Assembly (NCBI GenBank): GCA_965215125.1
Contig: OZ244052.1
Span: 384,001 to 448,000, forward strand
Direction: 5' to 3'
Length of the DNA: 64,000 bases
Source: an uncultured candidatus Porisulfidus sp.
GTDB taxonomy: Bacteria > Pseudomonadota > Gammaproteobacteria > Poriferisulfidales > Oxydemutatoraceae
Positions 44,301 to 53,300 of the stretch are shown here, piece by piece; within the stretch, counting starts at the first letter, position 1, and the number at the start of each line of letters is the position of its first letter. The notes beneath the pieces were generated by a model that was not told the origin of the DNA, made no database searches, and worked only from the letters and a program-made list of their open reading frames with translations. The translations under genes were made by a program, and so were the position numbers.

Positions 44301-47300
44301 GTGCCGACCAGACCACCGACATGCGCACCTCCGACTATATCTACACCCGTCAAACCGATACCTTCTATTACGACATCGCTTTTGCTACCGTCTAGCACAC
44401 CGAACAGTCCGATATAGTCGCTATCCGGTCTATTCACTCTCAAATTAGAAATCGTATAGCCGTTGCCTTTGAATATTGCCGTGAACGGATGTAGCGAGGT
44501 GCCTATCGGCTGCCAGCCTGACCCGGTAGTCCAGGCGGTGTTCACGCTCCCTGCTCGGTAATGTGCCGGATTATCAAAGTCTAAATCTCGCAACAGCTCA
44601 TAGCCTTTGCAGCCGGTCATCGGACAACCTTTGGCACTTTCTATCAATACACCATCGGCGTTTTGATGCCTAAGACTTCTGCCGTCCAACGCATTGCGTA
44701 TCGCATCCAAGTCTTCCAGTGTTAGAATATCTATCAACCCATCTTTATCGGTATCCACATCCTCTTCAAAACCGGAAGAGAAATAATCGACTTCAAAGCG
44801 ATATCGGATGCGTCGCGCCCCCGAAACTTCAACACTAATCACGGTCGTCGCAGTGGAACGCAATACAATTGCCGAACTGCTGGTGCCGGTTTTGACCGTC
44901 TCGTCAAAACCATTATCACTAACGATGCGAATGGTTGCATCCTCATCCAATGCATTCGGTGTCAAATGTAACTGCTTTATGTTTACATCCAACTCTACGC
45001 CGATACGATAATACAATTTAGTCGTATCGAAGTTCGGAGATAGCGTCACAACTTCTGCAATCGTTAAACTTGTCAAACCATAAGACTGCAAGCCGGTGAG
45101 CGTGCTTTCGGTGTTGGTGGTATATTTAAGAATTGGATAACGATTTACATCGCCGAAATGCCAATCGCTATCGTCCCACCGGTAATACACCCTACCGGCA
45201 TCCGACGATTGACCGGTGCCCGATTGTAGTTGCACGGTAGTCTTGCCGACACCGCCGGCAGATTCATGTAGGTTGCTCGTAGCGATATCCCAATAGCTAT
45301 TTACCGCAATACCCCCGACATTGCTACCGATTAGCCCTCCCGTAGCAACCGTATACGAGGTGCATGCAGGCACACCGGTGCATACGATATCTGCCGTCGC
45401 ATAACTGTCGCGAACCGAACCACCGTTGTCACCGATCAAACCACCGATGAGTGCGACTCCTTCGACACCACCGCTTGCATAAGTGTTTGCAATAGAACCG
45501 AGGTTCAAGGCGGCCAAACCGCCGATGCCGGTGTCGCCCGATACACGACTCAAGCTATAGCTGTTTGTAATCACCCCGGTACTTTCGTTGCGAGCGACCA
45601 AACCACCGACTATACGACCTCCCGATACCGCACCGTAAGCATAACTATTAGAAATCCGGCCGACATTGTAGGCAACCAAACCCCCGACGGCATGTTCTCC
45701 GACCACCGTGCCATCGACAGAGCTGTTGTTTATAATCCCGGCATTATAGGCGGTCAGACTTCCGACACCGAAGCGACCTCCGACCTCTACATCCGCCAAA
45801 TTAACATTTCTGACTTGTGCACCGTCGGCTAATGCCGCAAACAAACCGACATTTTCGATATTGCTCCTATCGGTACGTAGATTTGAAATGGTACGATTTT
45901 TGCCGTCGAATATCCCGCTAAAACACCTATTACTAGGATGATTACATTCATCGGCATCACCGTTCAATGCAATATATCCTATCGGCTGCCAGTAGGCAAA
46001 ACGCATAGCGTCGCTAAGGTCTAGATCTTGCGCCAATTCATAACCTTCGCAACCGGTCTCGGGACATCCTTCGGTGATTTTCATATCGTCGCGACTCGCT
46101 TTATAACCGCTACCGTCCAGTTGATAGCGAATCGCATTTAGGTCCTCCGCACTGCGAACCTCTATCAAGCCGTTGTTATCTTCGTCTATATCATTGACGG
46201 TAATAAAAGGATGTTTGCTTACCTCAAAACGATAGATCGTCGTTTGCGTAGTCATAGATACCAGAGGATCCTCCACTGTCAGCGTCAGCAAAAAGTTATT
46301 GAGATTGTCTATTATTAGACTAAGCGTTTTACCACTTCGTAATTCTTGCCGTGGATTCGTTTCGCTATCGTCGTTGACTACAATAACTGCATTCGGGTTA
46401 AATGTATACGGAATAATACTAAATTCACGCGCATCGCTTTTTAATATCAACTCGTAATCGTATATCCCGGAATTAAAGTCGGGTCTTAATAGTAAAACCT
46501 GACCGGGTAGATTTGAGCGCGCTATATTGCTTAAGCCAATACGCTGATTTGGCAACCAAGTTCCACACACCGGCAGTGCGGTATCGGCATCTTCGGCTTC
46601 TAGGCACGCCGGGCGAGTAATTATATCGGTAGCACTGGTATACCTTAATACCGGATATTGACCGGACTCGGAATACCAATCGTTGCGATGCCATCGGCTA
46701 TAGATCCCTTCTCCGATCGCAGCTGTTTGGAGCTCTGTTGTCGTCTTGCCGATACCGTTGAAATTATTATTGTCATCTCTCACTGTACTTGTACCGACAT
46801 CCCAATAACTTTGAATAGCGGAAAAATTGATCCGAACACTACCTATTAATCCCTCACTACGACCCGATATTTTACCGATTGCATAGCTGCTGATAATGCT
46901 ATTACTTGCGCCACCGACCAACCCCCCTACAGACCGACTTCCGATAACCGCAACATCTGCATAACTATTCAAGATACTTATTTGTGATAAGCCTACTAAA
47001 CCCCCTACGAATTCGTTGCCGCTAACCGTACCCTTCGCATAACTATTGTAGATTCTTGAACCCGATTGGCTACCGCCGGCTAAACCACCGACAAAATTAG
47101 TCCCGGCGACCGTAGCATTTGTGTAGCTATTAACGATCACACCCGAATTCCTACCGGTCAATCCACCTACATAAGAAGCACCGCGGACATCACCGCCTAT
47201 TACATAGCTACTGACAATCTCACCGCGATTCTCGCCTACCAAAGCCCCGATATTAGATTGACCGTTAACATTAATATCCGCAGCGAGTAAGCCGATGTTC

Positions 47301-50300
47301 TCAATTCTCGCACCGTCCGCCGAAACACCGAATAAACCGATATCACCGGCAGGGATATCGTGTATCCTCAAATTTGATATCGTGTGTGCATTACCGTTTA
47401 ATAAACTGCCGAAAGGATTGCTACGGTTTCCTATCGGTTGCCACCCTGCACCGGTCGTCCACATCGAGTTGACCCTACCCACACGATAACTACCGGGATC
47501 GTTAAAGTCTAAGTCTCTGCTCAGTTTATAACCCTTGCATCGCCTCATGTTGTCTTCGGTGTCTATAGGGCAATCCTCCAAAACATTGGACAGACGCTCT
47601 ATAGGATTACGCATCAGGTTCAAGTCCTCTAGATAATCAATCGTTATCAAACCATCTACTACCTCAATATTGTGCAGTACCCTAATCGTGTAGAATGTCG
47701 ACATACTTTGATTTGCGGATCTCACCGTAATTACAATACCGTCTAAGTCGTCGCTTAGAGTGAACAATGAACTTTGCCCGCTACTTGTGGATGAGTGCAA
47801 GCTACCTGCATCTATGGTGATCGTATCGGTGTCGTAATAGGCAGTCGGTGTGATACGAAATGTGATGCCCGAATCGACGACTAGATCATAGTCGTATATC
47901 TCGGGATTAAATGACGGAGTCAAGTGTGCATTTTTTGAAAGCTCCATCCGAGTCAGCCCGGTACGCTGCCCGGGTAACAAGGTTCCGCAGGTCGGTAATT
48001 TCATATCCGCCGGTGATGTTTCGCACGCACGATTATCCTTATCATCGCCTGCCGCATAAAGCAAGGCCGGATATTGCTCTGCATTACCGAAGTGCCAATC
48101 GGCTCTGTCCCATCCGGTATAGATATCATCCGACGGCACACCGGCTTTAAGTGCCGCTGCAGTTTTATCGATGCCGACGAGTGAGTCGATCCCGGAGATA
48201 ACTGCACCTTTTCTATAGTAGCTATTATTAAATGTTCCTTCGCCGGAGCTTACCGCAACCAGACCTCCCACTCTACCATTATCGACCTGCACATCACCGG
48301 CTGCATAGCTATCGTTAACAATGGAACTCCCACTGCCGTTTGTTCCCACCAAACCTCCGGCGATACCGCTATTGACTCGCACATCGCCGCCGGCATAACT
48401 ATTAACAATGGAACCACCTTGAATCTCACCGACTAAGCCTCCCACAAAACCGGTTGTTGCTTCTATGTTGACATACGCATAACTATTGACGATTTTACCG
48501 AGCCTGTTTCTACCGACCAAACCACCGACGACATTGATTCCGCCTCCGCTATCTACGAGCTTGCCGTCTGCGTAGCTATTGATAATCGTGCCGGAGTTGA
48601 AGGCGGCTATACTACCGATAAGACTCTGCCCGGCAATATCTACATTCACCAAACCGAGATTCTCAACTCTGCCACCGGCTCCGATCGCTGCGAATAAACC
48701 CATATTGTCGGTATTATTTGCTTTTATGGTCAAATTAGAAATCGTGTAGCCGTTGCCTCTAAATAAACCGGTAAAAGGTTCACTCGGACTACCTATGGGT
48801 TGCCAACCAATCCCGGCAAGGTCTATATCGGCAGTCAGTTCATATCCTATACATCCGCTGGAACAATAGATTGCATCGGCAGTTTCGCTCTCTTGATAGG
48901 CATCGCCGTCCATACGGTGGCGGACGGCATTCAAATGTGTCGCATTGCTAATATCTATGAATCCGTCGTCGTCTTCGTCTATGCTTTGAACTACGATGTC
49001 GAGCCGATCGACGACGAATCGATATCGATACGAATGTCGCTTACCGTCTTTTACGACCAAACTAAAAACCGTATCGCCGGTGTCGTTCAACGGTATCGGT
49101 ACCGTCCATTCACCGCTATCGGTTTCTCCTATTGAGGTGCCATCCTTAAAAACTTCAATACTTGCTATTGCATTAAACGCAGTCGGTAACATGCGAATAG
49201 TACTCCGATCGGCATTGACCGATATACCGTAATCAAATGATGTAAATGCAAAAGGACCGGATAAACCTGCGCCTTCGGATAATTTTAGTTCTCGCAATAA
49301 GCTCCCTTGATGACGAAGCAAGGTGCCGCAATCAGCGGGACGATTCTGAGTGCTTGCCGCATCACAATATGCATCACTATCGGTAGAGTCGGCACGCAAA
49401 TTATACTTAACCGCCGGATATTGCTCATCGCTGCCGAAATCCCAGTTATCGCCACTCCAGCTTGTATAAATACCGGTTGCACTCGTCGGTGATTGAAGCA
49501 CAACGGTGCGTTTACTCTCTCCCAAAGTCACATTGGTTCTAGAAATATCTTTGTCCAAATAAATTGCCTTAGCAGTCGGTGCACGCTGATCGCTCGGATC
49601 TCTATTGCCACCGAATAAGCCTTGCGGCACATCGGCTTTGGTTGCCGAAACACTCGCATAGCTGTTGCCGATTTCAACAGCCGACGATGAACGCACCCCG
49701 ATCAAGCCGCCTATAAATCCGTCATCGTGTTTTCCGGCAATCTCGCCGACCACATAGCTGTCGGTGATAGTTAAATCGGAGTCTACATCGCCGACCAAAC
49801 CCCCGGCAACCGCCGATCGACCGTCGACGGCGAGATTACCGATAAAATAACTGTTGCTAATTCGGGCATGCCCATCGCTCGTTGCACTAATAGTATTGAC
49901 CAAACCGGCGGCAGCGGCGACTCCTTCTATATCTCCTATCACATAGCTATTGCTTATCGTACACCGCTTACACGATGCAGCAATTCCGGCAACCACATCC
50001 CCTTTAATATTCACACCCGTTAATCCGATACCGTCTATATAGGCAACACGACTATCGCTACCGATGGTTGCAAAAAGACCTCCGTTTGTTCCCACGCTTA
50101 AATTGGCAATCGTTTTATTATTGCCTTTGAGTATAGCGGTGAAAGGTCCTTGTATAGGAAACCAATTATTTATACCCGTCCATCGCCCCATATTCTCCTC
50201 GGCATTGCGATAGCTACCGACATCGTTAAAATCCAAATCTCTTAGCAATTCATAACCACGACATCCCTCTCTCGGACAGCCCAAAGTAATCTTATCCGAC

Positions 50301-53300
50301 CCGATATTCGCTCTATAGCCGCTACCGTCCAACTGATAGCGTATTGCATCCAAATCTTCCAAATAATTGATATCGACGAGACCGTCGCCGTCTGCATCGA
50401 TGAGCCTATGACCGGAGTAGCTCAGATAAAGCGTATATCCAACCGTCCGTGTGCCTTCTACTTCAATAATCACTTCTTTTACTTCGCCATTTTTCAACGA
50501 AATCGGCAAGCTCGTATCGTGACTGTCTAGGGTTTCTCGTATATCTCCTATAACATGAATATGCGCAGTTGATTCCATCGCAACCGGGATCAACCGTACA
50601 ATAGGACGATCATTGAGGATGGTAATAGAATAAACATTGTTTTGGTTGAGCTTTTCGATATCAACCGGTGTGAAAAATCTCGCGTTGCCCGCCGCACTTA
50701 GACTACGCAAACCGTAGCGTAATCCCGGCGATATTAGATCGCCGCATTGCGGCAACTCCGATAGACCACATGCGGCTTTGTCCGAACCCGGTGCATATTT
50801 AAGAGTCGGATATTGCTTATCGGTGCCGAAATCCCAATCGTCGGTATCCCAATCTTTATAAATGCTATTCGTCGGCATCGTAGGAGTTGACGATTGAAGC
50901 TGTGCCGAGGTCTGCCCCATCCCGTTGCGACTTCCGGCAGCAATCGTGTCGGTATTCCAGTAGCTTTCGATAATTGCATCACTGGCGTCACTGGCATTGA
51001 TCCCGACTAAACTGCCTCTGGTGTTGCTACCACCGCCGAGTTTGCCGATCGCATAACTATTTTTTATAGCACCGAGGTTATATCCAACCAGTCCGCCCGC
51101 TATAGCTCCAACAATACTCACCGTTGCATAACCGTTAATGATCTGTGCTTCCGAGCCATTCCAACCAACCAGACCTCCTTTAATAGAACTTCTTGTCAAA
51201 ATTTTTCCGCTTGCATAACTATTAGCAATTAGACTCCGATTACGACCCACCAACCCACCAAACCGCGAGCCTGCCAAACCCGGCGTTACGATACTATCGC
51301 CATGACTATTGATAATCCTACCGTTGTTATCTCCGACCAAACCACCGACCGATGAAAATCCGGAAACTTGACCCAGCGCATAACTGCCGATAATGTCTCC
51401 ATGCTCGTTACTTGCAACCAGACCGCCGGCCGTGCCCTCCATGCTTTTTGATACAACACTGCCACTAACATAGCTATTGACAACTCGTCCATGGTTGGTG
51501 CCTATTAGTCCGGCAACTTTAGCTCCACCTTCTATTTTTAGGTTCAACAAACCGATATTGCTTATGACGGCACTAGCTGTAGTAACACCGAATAAACTTT
51601 GATTGTCGGCATCATCTCTATTTATCTGCAAACCCGATATCGTATAACCATTGCCGTCGAAGCGACCGGCAAAAGGCTCCGACTCGTTGCCTATAGGCAC
51701 CCAACCTGCATCGCCGGCATCCTGGTAATTATCTACCGTCCAAAAAATCCTATTCAACGGATCCAGATAACTCTCACTGTCTTCAAAATCCAAGTCCCTA
51801 GCTAACTTATAAGAAGCCTGCGGCCGCCGATGTATCGCACGCAAGTCTTCCAGATAGTTGATCGGCGTAAACTCAGCAGTGTTTTGATAATCGATATACA
51901 GTGTATAACCCACCGTTACCGTTCCCTGCACTTCAATGTGAATACGCGTCATACCGATTGCACTCAAAGAGATTGCTTTACTCGTCTCGCCACTTCGGAT
52001 GCGGTCGTAGACAGTCTTATCGTCGCCGATGCGAAAATTGATCGGTGCCGTCGGTTCTATCGTCGTCGGAATTAACCGAATCGCATTGTCGGTACTGCGC
52101 AGACTGCCGATATAAATACCGCTTCGGTTTTGTGCCTCTATATCAAACTCGGGAGATAAAACAACACCGTCCGCCGTCGCCAAACTACGCAAACCATAGC
52201 GCAAGCGCGGCGATATCAACTCGCCGCATTGCGGCAATCCCGGCACACCGCAGGCATCGCCGTCGGGTCCCGGTGCATATTTGAGTATCGGATACTGCGC
52301 GCTGTTGCCGAAATCCCAATCGGCATCGTCCCATTCTTCGTATATCCCGATTGACGCAGTGGGTAATTGCATTTGTCGCGTACTCTGCCCACTCCCGTGA
52401 CCATTTTGTACACCTCCAATCTCGACATTCCAATAGCTTGCTCTAATGCTTCCTCCATTGATCGCAACCAAACCGCCGCCGCTTCCCTGCACCCTACCGA
52501 CGGCATAACTGTTGCTAACCATTGCCGCAGCTATTTGATTAGTACCGACCAAGCCACCGACACTACTATTTCCGGAAACTTCGCCGTCTGCATAGCTGTT
52601 AGTTATAGACCCTCTGTTGATACCAATTAAACCCCCTACGAACACATTCCCTCTCACATCACCATCGGCATAGCTATTGATGACACGCGAAGCAATACCA
52701 TTCAAGCCTACAAGTCCACCAACATTAGATGTTGCTAACACACTACCATTTGCGTAACTGTTGATAATCGTACCGAAGTTGCTTCCGGCGAGCCCACCGA
52801 TATATTGCCTCCCTTCTATCCTTACATTAGGCAAGCCTATATTTCTTATGCTAGCCGCAGATCCCAAAGCACCGAATAAACCTTGATAGTCGGCATCATC
52901 TCTATTTATCTGCAAATTAAATATCGTATGACCATCACCGTTAAAAATGCCTGTGAAACGATTTTTAGAAATACCTATAGGCAACCAGCCGGTGTCCGCA
53001 TCGTTGCCGTAATCGGCTACCGTCCATTGCGCTTTATTGATCGGGTCGCGGTAGCTCGCATCCGAGTTGAAATCCAAATCTCGCACTAATTTGTATTTGC
53101 CGTTTAGTTGATTGCGTATCGCATTCAAATCTTCTAAGTAGTAAATATCTCTAAAACCGTCATCCTCTACGACCTTCATCACCGATACCGGCTCGGATAC
53201 GATGCGATGATCATAACCTTGATTGTCGCGATAATCCAACCATACACGATAGCCGATGTTATTGATTTCCGATAACACCGTAGGTATCTGATAACGCATT